Source of the DNA: the human T2T-CHM13v2.0 reference genome, Homo sapiens
DNA: 64,000 bases
Assembly (NCBI RefSeq): GCF_009914755.1
Contig: NC_060931.1
Direction: 5' to 3' (one strand)
Numbering within the stretch: position 1 is the stretch's first letter; each line of letters starts with the position of its first letter. The notes under the pieces are model-generated. The model searched no databases, was not told where the DNA came from, and was given only the letters and a program-made list of their open reading frames with translations. A program made the position numbers and the translations under genes. This document shows positions 18,320 to 43,392 of the stretch, piece after piece.

Positions 18320-21300
18320 GCTGAATTAATTTGCATTCTCACAAAGACTGTGTAAACATTCCCTATTCTCCACAACATGCTATTTTTTTTTTTACTTTTT
18401 AATAACAGCCATTTTAACTGGTGTGAGATGGTATCACATTGTCATTTTGATTTAATCTCTTTAATGGCTTGAGATGTTGGGCAACTTTTTGCATGTTTCT
18501 TGACAGCTTTTATATCTTCCTTTGAGAAGTATCTATTGATATATTCTGTGCTTTTTTCCTATTACATTTCTTATAGATTTTGTATATTAATTTTTTTGTT
18601 GTATGCAGTTTGCAAATATTTTTCTCCATGCTGTAGCTTGTCCATTTACTTTGTCAAATTTCTTTTGCTGTGCAGGAGATCTAGTTTAATTAGGTGTCAA
18701 TTTATATTTTTGTTGCATTTACTTTTAAGGTGTTAGTCTCAAATTGTTTTCAGAGGCCAGTGTCCACAAGAGTACTTTCTAGGTGTTCATATAGGATTTT
18801 CATAGCTTGAAACTTCATGTTCAGTTTTTAATCTATCTTGAGTTACATTTTTTATATGCTGAGAGGTAACAGTTGTTTTTTTCTTCTGCATGTGACTAAC
18901 CATATAGTCCATTATTTATCAGTACCATTTATCAGATGGAAAGTTATTTCCCCTTTATTTCTGTTGACTTTGTCAAAAATAAGTTGGTTGTAGGAGTGTA
19001 GCTTTATTTCAAGTCTCTCTCTTCTGTTCCATTGGTCTACATGTTTATTTTTGTCCGAGAACCATGCTATATTGGTTACTGCCACTTGTAGTACAGTTTG
19101 AAGTCAGGTAAAGTGAGGCTTCCAGGTTTATTCATTTTGTTTAAAGATGCCTTGGCTATTTGGGCTCTTTTATTCAATATGAATTTAAAACCATTGTTTT
19201 TAATTCTACAAAAAAATTGCATTGATAGTTTGATAGAAAGAGCATTTAATTTACAAGTTGCTTTAGGCATCATGGACATTTTAATTATATTGATTCTTCA
19301 AATCTATGAGCATGGAATGTTTTCCATTTGTATGTGTTGTCCCTGATATCTTTCAGCAGTGTTTTGTAGTTCTTTTTTTTTTTTTTTTTTTTTTTATTGA
19401 TCATTCTTGGGTGTTTCTCGCAGAGGGGGATTTGGCAGGGTCACAGGACAATAGTGGAGGGAAGGTCAGCAGATAAGTGAACAAAGGTCTCTGGTTTTCC
19501 TAGGCAGAGGACCCTGCGGCCTTCCGCAGTGTTTGTGTCCCTGGGTACTTGAGATTAGGGAGTGGTGATGACTCTTAACAAGCATGCTGCCTTCAAACAT
19601 CTGTTTAACAAAGCACATCTTGCACCACCCTTAATCCATTCAACCCTGAGTGGACACAGCACATGTTTCAGAGAGCACAGGGTTGGGGGTAAGGTCACAG
19701 ATCAACAGGATCCCAAGGCAGAAGAATTTTTCTTAGTACAGAACAAAATGAAAAGTCTCCCATGTCTACTTCTTTCTACACAGACACGGCAACCATCCGA
19801 TTTCTCAATCTTTTCCCCACCTTTCCCCCCTTTCTATTCCACAAAACCGCCATTGTCATCATGGCCCGTTCTCAGTGAGCTGTTGAGTACACCTCCCAGA
19901 TGGGGTGGTGGCCAGGCAGAGGGGCTCCTCACTTCCCAGTAGGGGCGGCCGGGCAGAGGCGCCCCTCACCTCCCGGACGGGACGGGGCGCCTGGCCAGGC
20001 GGGGGGCTGACCCCCCCGCCTCCCTCCCGGGCGGGGGGCTGACCTCCCCGCCTCCCTCCTGGATGGGGCGGCTGGCCGGGTGGGGGCTGACCCCCCCCCA
20101 CCTCCTTCCCGGACGGGGCGGCTGGCCGGGCAGAGGGGCTCCTCTCTTCCCAGTAGGGGCGGCTGGGCAGAGGCGCCCCTCACCTCCCGGACGGGGCGTC
20201 TGGCCGGGTGGGGGGCTGACCCCCCCACCTCCCTCCCGGACGGGGCGGCTGGCCGGGCGGGGGGCTGACCTCCCCACCTCCCTCCCGGACGGGGTGGCTG
20301 GCCGGGCAGAGGGGCTCCTCACTTCCCAGTAGGGGCAGCCGGGCAGAGGCGCCCCTCACCTCCCGGACGGGGCGGCTGGCCAGGCGGGGGGCTGACCCCC
20401 CCACCTCCCTCCCGGACGGGCGGCTGGCCGGGCGGGGGGATGACCCCCCCACCTCCCTCCCGGATGGGACGGCTGGCCGGGCGGGGGGCTGACCCCCACC
20501 TCCCTCCCAGACGGGGTGGCTGCCGGGCGGAGACGCTCCTCACTTCCCAGACGGAGTGGCTGCCGGGCGGAGGGGCTCCTCACTTCTCAGACGGGGCGGT
20601 TGCCAGGCAGAGGGTCTCCTCACTTCTCAGATGGGGCGGCCGGGCAGAGACGCTCCTCACAACCCACACGGGGCGGCAGGGCAGAGGCGCTCCCCACATC
20701 TCAGACGATGGGCGGCCTGGCAGAGACGCTCCTCACTTCCTAGCTGGGATGGCGGCCGGGCAGAGACGCTCCTCACTTTCCAGACTGGGCAGCCAGGCAG
20801 AGAGGCTCCTCACATCCCAGACGATGGGCGGCCAGGCAGAGACGCTCCTCACTTCCCAGACGGGGTGGCGGCCGGGCAGAGGCTGCAATCTTGGCACTTT
20901 GGGGGGCCAAGGCAGGCAGCTGGGAGGTGGAGGTTGTAGCGAGCCGAGATCACGCCACTGCACTCCAGCCTGGTCACCATTGAGCACTGAGTGAACGCGA
21001 CTCCGTCTGCCATCCTGGCACCTTGGGAGGCCGAGGCTGGCGGATCACTCGCGGTTAGGAGCTGGAGACCAGCCCGGCCAACACAGCGAAACCCTGTCTC
21101 CACCAAAAAAATACGAAAACCAGTCAGGTGTGGCAGTGCGCGCCTGCAATCGCAGGCACTCGGCAGGCTGAGGCAGGAGAGTCAGGCAGGGAGGTTGCAG
21201 TGAGCCGAGATGGCAGCAGTACAGTCCAGCTTTGGCTTGGCATCAGAGGGAGACCGTGGAAAGAGAGGGAGAGGGAGGCCGTGGGGAGAGGGAGACCGTG

Positions 21301-22480
21301 GGGAGAGGGAGAGGGAGAGAGAATTACAGTTTTTAAAAAGTAGACTGTAGTTCTCCTTCTAAAGATATTTTACCTCCTTGAGTCAATCCATTCCTAGGTA
21401 TATTATTTTTTGTTTGTGGCTATTTTAAATAGAGCTCTGTTCTTGATTTTGTTCTCTGCTTAAATGTTATTCAAGTGTTGAATGTTATTCAAGGTGTATA
21501 GAAATGCCAGTCATTTGTGTACATTGATTTGGTATCCTGACACTTTGCTGAATCATTTTTTAGGCTTGGGAGTCTTTGGGAGAAATCTTTAACGTTTTTC
21601 AAGTAGAGAATTATATCATCAGTGAAGATAATTTGACTTCCTCCTTTCTTATTTGGATGCCTTTTTCTTTTTTCATCTTGTTGGATTGCTCTGGCTAGGA
21701 CTTCCAGAACTATGTTGAATAGGAATATTTAGAGTGGACATTGATCTTATTTTTATTTGTAAGAATGCATCAAGCTTTTTCCTGTTCAGTATAATGTTGC
21801 CTGAGGATAATGTTGCCTGAGGATGGCTCTTATTATTGTGAGGTATTTTTTTCAATGCCTTGTATGTTGCATGTTGAGAATACTTTTATGAACATTAAAT
21901 TTCCTTTAATGATTTTTCCACATCTAGTGTAATAATTATATGGTTTAATCATTTTAATTATCTTTATATGGTGAGTCACACTTATTGACTTGCATATGAT
22001 AAAACATCCTTGCATTCATGAAATGAAACTCACATGATTGTGGCAAAATAACTTTTTGATTTGTTTATGAACTCAGCTTACTAGTATTTCATGAAAGATT
22101 TTTGTTTCAATGTTCATCAGGCATACTGAACTATAGATTTTTTTGTTGTCTTAACTAAATTTTGGTATCCAGATGATGCTGATTTCATATAACAACTTAG
22201 GAAGGATTAGCACAAGCTCAACTTTGTATATGTGGTAGAATTTAGCTGTGAATTCATCTGATCCAGGGCCTTTTATACTATGTAGGGTTTTTTTAATTAC
22301 AAATTTAATTTTGTTATAAATTTTTCCTCTGTTCAAGACTTCTCTTTCTTCTTGGTTCAGTCTCGGGAGATTGTGTATATGAAGTTTATCTATTTTTTAA
22401 AAAATTTTCTAGTTTGCATGCATAGAGATATTTATAGTAGTATCTGAGGATGTTCTGTATTTATATGGATTAGTTGTGAT
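18320..22480 (-). mobile_element. Decayed L1 ORF2 fragment, split by the SVA
   Basis: Minus-strand ORF2-like peptides (LTLPDFKLYYK; GPGSDEFTAKFYHIYKVEL); sequence continues across the SVA TSD. Confidence 0.8.
19373..21345 (-). mobile_element. Full-length SVA retrotransposon (subfamily not determined; D-like)
   Basis: PolyT at 19373-19395; SINE-R to ~19885; GC-rich VNTR to ~20880; Alu-like domain to ~21260; CCCTCT hexamers to ~21320; TSD TGTAGTTCT (19365-19373 / 21346-21354). Confidence 0.95.
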
Positions 22481-22489
22481 TTCACAAAT

Positions 22490-25115
<2,626 letters not shown>

Positions 25116-28100
25116 TTACAGATGGTAATGGCATGAAAGACACTAAAAGGGCAGCTGTTGCTTATGGTCTCATGACTGGCCACCCTGTGAACACAATAAA
25201 TGAATTTGCATAAAAATAACAGAAAATGTTTAATCAAAAAGCTGCCATAATCTTCAAAAGTTTTCTAGAGAAAATGACCAAGAAGCTGACTATAGTTAGG
25301 TGACAAAAAGCAATAACTGTACACTCACCTTCACCCACTAAAAAAATAATGAGTGAAAAATTCCTCGGAATTGTAATATCAATATAAAAAAGAAATATCA
25401 TTCCAAATATCAAATCCACAGAAGTCATTTTATTATTTTGCAACCTTTAAATTTCACATTTAAAAATAAAAGATTCTGCATGGAAATGTATGTTATGCTA
25501 TATCATAGAAAATTAAATTTAAAATTCTCCACTTACCATTTGCTCTCTTATAACTTAATTTCTAAGATGTATTTTCTAGCAAATTTTATATTTGCCACAA
25601 TATATTTGCACTCCAGCCTGGGCAATAAGAGTGAAACTCTGTTTAATAACTCCGTTTAAAAATTTAATAAGTTTTTCCTTTTACAAACAGAAAAAAATAA
25701 TGCTAACTGATTTAATCCTCTCACCTGTGGACAATGTATGCCTTTTATCTTAATTAACTGATCAGAAAGTTATATTGATAAGTACTCTCCAATAAAAAGC
25801 AATTTTTGAGTGCATTAAAAATACCAACTTTCTCATCAAAACCTACAAAGTACTGTATAAAATGACATGGCATGAAGACAACAGTGAGCAAAGTGTAGCC
25901 ATCACATAGAAAAAGAAGGAGAAGGGCTGTGATGAATACACAGAAGTCACATAATAAGACAAACAAAACTAAAGGTAATTAGGAAATAAAAGAACCAAAA
26001 TTTCTTTTTAAATTCAGCAAAATTTAGCTTTGCAGCATGGAAAAAAAATGTTATCTGCACATGAAGAATCAATGTTATTTCTTCACTATTGGTATTTTCC
26101 ATCTCTGACTTGAAGTTACAAACTAACTCCAGCAGGAATGTTTACAGGTTATTATGGAACATCTGTTACACAGCAAGCACTGTCATATTTGTTTGCCACA
26201 TATATATATAAAAACATCCTCATGACTTATGAAGCATTCCTAGTTCTTACCTGAACAAATTGGCTCAATAAATAAATAAATTTACTTATGTCAATCATAA
26301 CAAGAGAAAAGAATAAGAAATATAGGCTTATATAGGATTCTCCAATTAAAAGAACAAATGGAATGTTCTAACTAAATATAATTAATACACAATTTTGGAA
26401 ATACATCTAAAACTTATCTTGTGTGCAGTACTGAATTTTATAAAAATCATTCTTATAATCCATGAACAGCTCACATAATACCTCATAAAGTATAAAAGAA
26501 AAAAATGGTAAGAAACAAGAAAATTATAGGTCTAGCATGACTAACAGGCAAGTAAAAACATAATTTGCATGGAGAGATTCTGAATCATAAGTCAGAAGAT
26601 TTGGCAGTAATGAATTCAATACAAAGCAGAGTATACATTTACTTTCAGCATTTTTGAAGTTTTCAGTTGTCTAGTACATTACTTTATTAAAATATTTGTT
26701 TTGTTCCAATATTGCTCTTTTCTTTTGAAAATAGGTACAAACTCACACTCACACAAAAACAGTCCATAACTTTCTTGCACTTAACATTTATTTTTAGAGT
26801 AATATATGGGTATAGTTAACTCTATGTAAACCAATACTAAAATTCTGTTATGTTTGCAGGCAGAGAGACATGTTCAAAGAAAAATACATAACAAAATTTT
26901 TAAAATGTTTAAGCAGGACTCAGAATTTTAAGACTCAGGATTTTATTTATACTTGTATATAATTTTTATTATACCCATGAAAATGACCCTATAGTCAATA
27001 GCAATTTACTTGTACATTTTAAAGTAACTAAAAGTGTAGAATCGGTTTGTAATACAAATGATAAATGCTGGAGTTGATGGATATTTCATTTGCCCTGATG
27101 TGATTAATACCTATTCATATGCCTGTATCAAAATATGCCATATATGGCATAAATATATACACACACTATGTACCCACAAAAGTTAAGAAAAATATGTTTA
27201 AATAAGAAAAAGAATAAAAATTTAACCTATGGGAACAATGTTCTTTAATTAAGTTCTTTAGTTTAAAGTCACTGGCAAGAGAAATTATTAGAGATGTTAG
27301 TCCACTCTGTTATTTAATAGTACATTGTTACTATCTTTTACCAACACCCTTGAGTAAGGTGGGATAGGTTGAAGTTAGTGGCATGATAATACTTCACTGA
27401 ATGCACAATTGGTCTTAACATGTTAAAAAAAAAGTTTAATTAAAAAATTAAGTTCACAATAATCTAAAATTTTTTAAATGTGCTGCATTTTATTACATAA
27501 AAGTAGTTAGTAAAAAGATATACTACTAATTTTAATTTAATTTTAACTAAAATAAAAGATATTTTCACTAGAATGCAGAATATTCCTCTGAACACTTCCC
27601 TCATACATCATTCAATATTATAAATTAAACACAAAGAGCCTCTCCACTTAGATTTTTATCATGCATCCTACATTGTAATGTCTTTACTCTTCCATAGAAA
27701 AGGTAAAAAATATTGCCCACCTAACAAAAAAGAATGTCTCATATCTTTGATGAAGCAGCAATTGATCACATGCTTTCACATGTGAATAGAATGAAAAGCA
27801 TGAAGTAATTTGAGTTGAATTACATCATTCACTTTTTAAAAATTTTGTAATTTTTTCAAAGAAAAAAGTATACTTTAAATGTAATTATAACTAAAAATAT
27901 TTCTACCTCTTTTAAAGTTATATACAAATAATTTATCTACCAACTTTAATTTTGGATTATTTTCTGTACTCAGCACACTGATTAGTTCAATGTCTAAAAT
28001 GTCAGTGCCTTAGATATTTCTACTGTGAATTCTCTGATATTTACACACACTTAATTTTGGATTAAATTTCTTTTATACTTACTGCATCTGCAAAAATATA

Positions 28101-28358
28101 TTTTAGTATAAATCCCCTGGTGTTTTCTAAGCAGTAGTTTTTGAAAAATGTTTTTCCAAATATATTACATTTGCAGTTTTTCTCCAATATAAACTCCCTG
28201 ATGTTGATCAAAGTTTGAGCACTGCTTCAGGATTTTCCTTTAGTACATAATGTGTACAATAAAATCTGTGATACAAGTAAAGACACTACAACCCTCTTTA
28301 TGTACCTAATGTTTGTCTTCAAAATGAAAACCTTCTTCTCTTTAAAGGCTTATATTTG

Positions 28359-28670
<312 letters not shown>

Positions 28671-28689
28671 TTACACTAATTGCTTTTAT

Positions 28690-31762
<3,073 letters not shown>

Positions 31763-33580
31763 TCACTTGCTCGACTCAGATGAATATACTTTACAAATCT
31801 AACCCATAAAGTTACAGAAACTACATAAGCAAGATGGCATAGCAAAATACCACAGGTTCGAATTCCTTCATAGACATATAAATGTAACAAGAGCATATTG
31901 ACCAAAATGCATTTATAGAAAATTTATAAATGAGTTACGTGTGTGCAGTGTTCCAGGTTATCACAATTCCAAAAGCCACATGGAAGGAAGAGAAAAGTTG
32001 GTTACATTTACCCAACACAGCTCTTTCTGCTCCTCAGTATAACATAGTGTCTTTAGAAGTACATTACCAACTTTTGCTTTCTTTTTCAACAGACAAGAAA
32101 AATAACACACCCACATCTTTATTTCTGGCTTTATTAGGTGCTTTGGCGGACACTGGTTTCTGTCTCCAATGACATAAAGTGCTGAAATTAACAGTGGTAT
32201 ACTTTGGAATGACATTTTGAGTCTGCTGAGATCAAAGGTAAATGTTACAGCAGGAAAGAGACTGTACTACAGACAGGGAACAGTTGTGGCAAGTGATGAC
32301 TATTAAGAAGAAACATGAATAAAGTCTTTTAACTAAAAAACAACTAGAACATTTCAGACAAGACACATCCTAAGAACATGTCTGAAAGACTCTCAGGATC
32401 TCTAGCTAAGACAAATGGTTTCAGACTTTGCCAGGACAAAGCTACATTATAGACACTGTGACAGGTAGCTTGTTTTTAATGTTCAAATTTCAATTAAAGA
32501 TTACAATGCATACAAAATTTTAGGGCAACATAGCTCTATCAGATATTATAAAATTTTCAGAAAGCAACCATTAAAAAATTAATTTTAAAAAGTTAACATA
32601 AATTGAATAATACTCCATGAATGAAATAGAAACACAGACAACTATTAAAAATCATAAAAATTGGGATAACAAAAATATTAAAAATATCAAAAAACAGATA
32701 TTGTGGAGGTAAAAAATATAAAAAAGGAACTGAAAAATTATAAGAAAAACTGATGTAAAAATGAAAAAGGTTAACAAAGAAACTAGAATACACACAAAGA
32801 TATTTACAACAAGAACATATATAAGCACAATTTTAAAAGTCACAGACAAGAGAATATTGTGAGTTGCAAGATAAAAGTGATATGTTATTTATAAGCATAG
32901 TCTTATGAGGTAATGAGTGAATTTCTCAAGAAAATTTGCAGGCCAGAAGGGAACTAACTGTGTGACATTGTCCAAGTCCTGAAGAAAATAGCTGTCAAGT
33001 GAGAATAATACCAGCAGCAAATCTGTCCTGCCAAATAAAAAGAAAAAGCCAATCCAAAATAGCCAAATCCTGAAAAGGTATATTGGCACTGCATATGCCT
33101 TACATATGTAACTATATTTCAAAGCTATAGTAGTAAAAACAGAATGGAATATACAGAAAAATAAACAACAACAAAAAAACCCAATGGAACAGAAATCACT
33201 ACTCACACATTTCAGACTTGATGCAAAAAGAGAATTTAAAAAACTGTTTAACATAGAGTTTCTCAAAATTATGCATATTTGTGTGTCCCCCAAAACAACA
33301 ACAAAAAAAAACCAGTCAGATTGTGCAGTCTTTTATATCCCATGAAGAGGATGTTGGCTTTCACTGTGAAATTGAAGACAGATCACTAAAGGGAAAGAGG
33401 AATCCTTAGAGAATTGAAAAACAATACAAAATATGTTCTATGTGAGAGAAAAATAAAAAAAAACTCGGGCTTTCCAGAAACTATTTCCTTTGGAACACAG
33501 CTTACCAAATCACATTTTAAGCTGTGGCCTTCTCCTTGGCCTTTGACCTCTTCTCTGTGCCATCTGTGTATTCACTCTCA

Positions 33581-33748
<168 letters not shown>

Positions 33749-34188
33749 TCAGTAAAGAGAATGCAATAGAATATTCTAGTAAATTAATCCCCAAATGCTA
33801 ATTTATAACAAAAATTTCTAAAGATTTAGAAAATATTTTAAATTTGTAGTTTCTTAATTTCACTACCTGGTACTACTGAATCAAAACAATTGTTGTTGGG
33901 AGTTAGATTTTAAGGTGTGGGCAACAATATTTTATGCCAATAAATTTCTAAAATTACCACTAATCAAGACTGAATGATAAAGATCATCTCAGGAATGTGG
34001 AAAGTTATGGTAAAGATGAAACATCTTGAATAAACTATTTTCTACAATGACAAATCTAAAAGATTTTTTTGAAAACAGGGATCTGAAACTCAATTTATGC
34101 AAAGCATAAATCACCAAAAACATTCTACAAAAAAGAGAATTAAAACCTTTAGGGTATATTAGAAAATGTGTATTGAAGTTACCTTCAC

Positions 34189-34348
<160 letters not shown>

Positions 34349-36295
34349 TCACATACATTTACCAAGTGGCCATGGGCATAATTTTAAATTTCAAGGTAAA
34401 ATAAAACAGTAAAGAAAACTGGTTCTGACTTATAGGAGTGAATGAAACTATCCATAAAAGAATTTTTAACACAGAAATATTTTCTAATGTATTATCTAAC
34501 CCTGAGAAAAGAAAGTGGTATAAGAAGATCCACATCATCTGTGTATATATGGTACTTTTCTGGATAATAAAGTATAAATTAGGGCATAAACGCCAACATG
34601 TCTATTTTTAAATGCTATATCTGCATCATACAGAATGAGTTGTGTGTATTTTTGAGATGAAAAAGACATGTTGAGTTAAAAGGTACCTCGCAAGTTTTAA
34701 TGTGTATGATAAACTTCAGATCTCATTAATGCAGATTATTTTTTCAGAAGATCTGGAACAGTCTGATATTCTAAATTTCTAAAAAGCTCACCAATAATGT
34801 CAATGTTTTTGGCCCAAGAAGAGTATTTTGTCAAACATCTAGTAGGTGGGTGAGCCTGTGTTTTTCCCAGTTTTTCTGGCCTGTAAAAAGGGATGACAGC
34901 TTTCATTTTCCTAAGGCAGATATACGCACAGAAAACCTAAGAAAGAAAGGCAGCTGCCAGATTAAATGTGATGGTTTACATGCACATCAGCAGCATAAAG
35001 ATACTTAATAATGAAGAGAAAAATAATTATAGTAAAGAAATCTGTCCAAGAGCTCTTTAACCAATTGAATCATTAACATCAACTGCACTAGGACAAATTT
35101 TTGTAATGTGCTGATGCACACAGAAAAATGCAGCTTCACTGCTGCGATATCAATCTCAAAAGTAAATTAGAGTTTGAATTTAACCATAAAAAATCAGTTT
35201 TATGGAAACTTCAAGATACAGGTAATTCATATGTTCTGTAATTTTTAATAGTGATTTTAAGTAGTTTTTCTTCAGCACCCTAAAGAGCAGGTATCTATCT
35301 CCTAATAATTTGTTTCAGAACTTTCTGGGTAATAAATGCCATTCTGTTTGAAAAAGCATTTTATTAATCGTGTTCTGCATAGAGCTAATGGAGAACAGAG
35401 ATGGTACCTCAACGTTACATGTTCTCCTTCTTTACTAAAGACCCTAGCTTTTCCCCAATAGGAATCTTGAGTAGTCACACCTTCCCATGTTCAACAGCCA
35501 CAGAGGGAACATTTTTCATGTTGCAGATTATAAATTCATAATGAGATTTCTACGTGGCATATAAAGAGCCATGATGTAGAGATGTAGAGAAGCCTCTGGT
35601 ATGTAGGAAAAAATATTTTTCAGAGACCCTTGACTATCATAAGAATTTTAAAAAGTAGTTGAAACAAACTCATTAGGGAGAAACAACACAATTAGAGAAG
35701 TAAAGGTTTGCAAGAACTAAATGCATGGCATTCCAGGAGGCAGAGTGGACACAGCTCTCTATCTGAGACATATTAAGCTTAAAAAAAGGTCATGTCTTCC
35801 TCTTTCTCCTGTTTCTCTGGGATTCCTTTTAAGATGAGATTCTATGGACAAATTACACCTGCATGCTGAGAATATGCTTTTAAAAGTGTCAGCACCACCT
35901 GTTTACCTGCTACCACCACACCCACAGAGATAGACAGAGATAGCTCTAAGAGCTCTGTGACAGCCCACCTCATTCACAGACACCATGGGATAGTAATGGG
36001 GCCTCTAAAACAGAAACCAAAAGCATTCAAGAGAAAAACAGCTCTCACTCTGAGAAAAATTGTATTGAGAGAAAAACAGTTAAAAGCATCTTTTAAAAAC
36101 ACAAGCTAGATATAAGTTTGATCAAGTCAGCCAGAAAATATTCTGCTAATCAATTTTTCTAAACACCCAAATTGCACAGCTACTCTCAGCATGAGAAACG
36201 TGAGCATTATGAAGAAAGGGGTCATATTCTCAGCAGAATTTTATAAGGATTCTCTTCCATCTCTGCTGCTCTCTCTTCTCCTAGCCATTAAATGA

Positions 36296-36616
<321 letters not shown>

Positions 36617-36984
36617 TAGAATATTACTTTATTCATATAGTGGAATACATTTGAGTTTGCATCATGGTGAACTGTAGAGCTATTATGGTTTTTGGGTGGC
36701 CAAATCATTCTTGTTTACTTTTCCCGTAATAGCACCATTCCAATTTAGTGAAATGATAGACACTAAAATCATGCTTACCTATAATTAACTCTACTGGATA
36801 AATTAGTAAGCATGTCATACTAATATTACTGTAATAGTTTGGTAGTAAATTTCCTTTGAATATTAGATATAAATATCTAAGTATAAATAATGTACTAGTC
36901 ATAATGTACATAGGATTTTTAAAAATTGTCTACAACCATAATTCAATTAAAAGTTTATATTTCAAAAGTATGAATATAACATTA

Positions 36985-37307
<323 letters not shown>

Positions 37308-37875
37308 TGACTAAGGGATTCAAAGTAAATATTGTAGTGTTATATTCACACTAGTATATAAAATACTGTTTATATGAATGCAGTTTGTCTACAAACACTA
37401 CATATAACTATGCTAATTGTACTCAAGTAATAAATATAAACCAAAGCACAACTACAGACTCCACTGTTCAGTTCATACACTGAACCATGCTTTTGCAATA
37501 AAAGTACTTCGGCCTGCAAATATTACCTGATTACCTTGGATAATCTGTATTCTATCAAAGGAACTTAGTATCTTTTAGTCTTTAGCATTTTTTATTGCTA
37601 AATTTAATCCTATCTTCATGCTCAACTTTTGTGTGCTCTTAAAACAAACTTTAATCTAAACAAATCTGTGTCTACCTTAAAAGACAACAAATGGAGAAAA
37701 TAAATCTTTGCCAAAGCAATGAACCTGAGGTCCTAGACAAAGACAATCCCAAGTCAAAAACAGTGACAAAAGGTTTAACTGTTAATATGATTTACATATC
37801 TTTCAAACAACAGAGAAAAAATATACATAAAATTTAAATGCTTTAAGGAAAAATAAATTAAGAAAATATACTCCT

Positions 37876-38180
37876 GGCAGGGTGCAGTGGCTCACACCTG
37901 TAATCCCAGCACTTTGGGAGGCTGAGGCTGGTGAATCATGAGGTCAGGAGTTTGAGGCCAGCCTAGCCAACATGGTGAAACCTCATCTCTACTGAAGATA
38001 CAAAAAATTAGCCAGGTGTGGTGGTGTGTGCCTGTAACCCCAGCTACTCGGGAGGCTGAGTACGCTTGAACCCAGGAGGTGGAGGTTGCAGTGAGCCAGA
38101 TCATGCCATTGCACTCCAGCCTGGGCAACCAGGTGAGACTCCATCTCAAAAAAAAAAAAAAAAAAAAAGAAAGAAAGAAA
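37876..38180 (+). mobile_element. Alu (AluS-like)
   Basis: Full Alu with polyA. Confidence 0.9.
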
Positions 38181-38371
38181 ATATCCTCCCTTTTTTCATG
38201 TGGAGAATAAGGCTTCTTATTTCTAATTTGTATTTTCCACTATAACAGCCAGGTCTCTGGACATGTTTTTGAACTACTGGACATCTTAATTTTGCATGCC
38301 ATGTGCACTTGAGAAATGTTTATGGGAAAAAAGCAGAAAAAAGAAAGGTGTTATAAAAAAAAATCCATGGG

Positions 38372-38984
38372 TGTATCAATCAAGAAAAATGACAAGAAAA
38401 GTCTCAATCATTTTAGGAGATTTATTTCCCAAAGTTAAGAATGCACAGCTAGGAAAAAGGCCTATGTCTTTCTCCCAAGAAAATTTTGGGGGCTCCAAAT
38501 TTAAAGGAGAAAGAATGAGATACTGAGAAGTACAAAACTGTTATGTAAGAGGGAGGTAGGGAAAAACAGTCATTCATGTCATTGTCTGTCAGTGAATCTG
38601 CATTTTTTTTAACATAAGATGATGCAGACAAATGGGGCAGACAAAAAATGCAGGTAATCTGCATTTTTACATAAGATAACATAGACAAAAAGGGGCAGGG
38701 GAACAATCAGATATGCATTTATGTCTGGTGGAACGTGTAAAGATAAGCCATCAATTTATATTTCCATGGTATAATTTTAACAGAAACACCTTAGGGTAAA
38801 GATCTTGCAGCTCACTAGAAATTTTCTTGTGGGCAAAATATGAGGGAGTCATGTAACTTTTCATCTTGTAGCCATCTTATTTAAGAACCAAAAGGATAGG
38901 TGGGTTTGTGTGACCCAGTTCCCAGCCTAACTTTTCTTTTTGGTTTAATGAGTTTGGGCTCTGAAGATTTCATTTCCTTTCACA
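38372..38984 (-). mobile_element. Solo ERV1 LTR (MER4-like)
   Basis: Minus strand starts TGTGAAAGGAAATGAAATCTTC...GCTGGGAACTGGGTCAC, contains AATAAA and ends GATACA. Confidence 0.6.
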
Positions 38985-39019
38985 GGTACACATGAATAAG
39001 ACCAGTTCTAAGAGATTTA

Positions 39020-42503
<3,484 letters not shown>

Positions 42504-43096
42504 TGTTGTGGGAACCAGGAGGCCGGAGAGATCACTGGGTGCAACAGGAAGGTTTTATTTAGGTGGCCACTGGCCCAGCGGATTAACATCCAAAGGCTGA
42601 GCCCGGAACAAAGACAGGGCTTGACTTTTATACATGCATCAGGCAGGGGCAAGTCGGGTTTTTGGCGCAAAACCTGCGAGGTGAGAAAGCAGTCTTACAG
42701 AAGCAGAACAAAGGCAGTTAATCATACCGTTGACAGGTTTTACAACAGGATTTGCAACATGAGCCTACCTTACTTAAACATGTCTTGTGACCTTGCCATG
42801 CTACAGAAAGAAAAACAAGAACTTACAAAATCTTTACAGACTTGCAGAAATAGTTACAAAAATAGTTGTGAGAGCAGAACAAAGAATAATGTTATGGGGA
42901 GAGAATTTCAAACAGGGAAACTGATAAGGAGAACTTGTTTTTCTCATCCCTGCTCCTGGAGCCCACTCCTTCGGAGCCCCTGCCTGGCCTTGCAGATAAT
43001 TATCATAGCTCCAGCAGGACTTTGGAGTGAGTCAGACTGGTCAGGAAAGGACTTGTTTTCCCTTTACTTGTTTTTCCTTTTATATTTCCTGCTTCA
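42504..43096 (-). repeat. ERV3 3' LTR
   Basis: Direct repeat of 51525-52117; minus-strand TATAAAA at 42632-42626 and AATAAA at 42559-42554. Confidence 0.95.
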
Positions 43097-43107
43097 TTCC
43101 CCCCTTT
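43097..43107 (-). other. Polypurine tract
   Basis: AAAGGGGGGAA immediately before the 3' LTR on the minus strand. Confidence 0.85.
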
Positions 43108-43392
43108 GATGCTTTTTATAAGTAAAGTTTAAGAGAAAGCATCACTATCTTCATTTACTTCAAGAGGAAGTAGCTCTTTTCTTGGCAGGGGTTAATACTT
43201 AGTTAGGGCCATTAGTCGTGTGGTAGTCTGTCTGTCCACAAGAGCCTCTATGGCTGTTTGGATATTTTTGACAATGAGGGGTAAGAGACAAGGGAGTATA
43301 AGGCAAACTCCCAATATGGCTAGGACTATTTGTACTAAGGTTTTAAATCCTCCAAGGGATGAGAACCAACCTCTGAAAAGGGAATCTGGAGA

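Noticed and set aside
19859-21343. Many overlapping Pro/Gly/Arg-rich ORFs
   Set aside because: They come from the GC-rich SVA VNTR and Alu-like domain, which lack stop codons; not genes.
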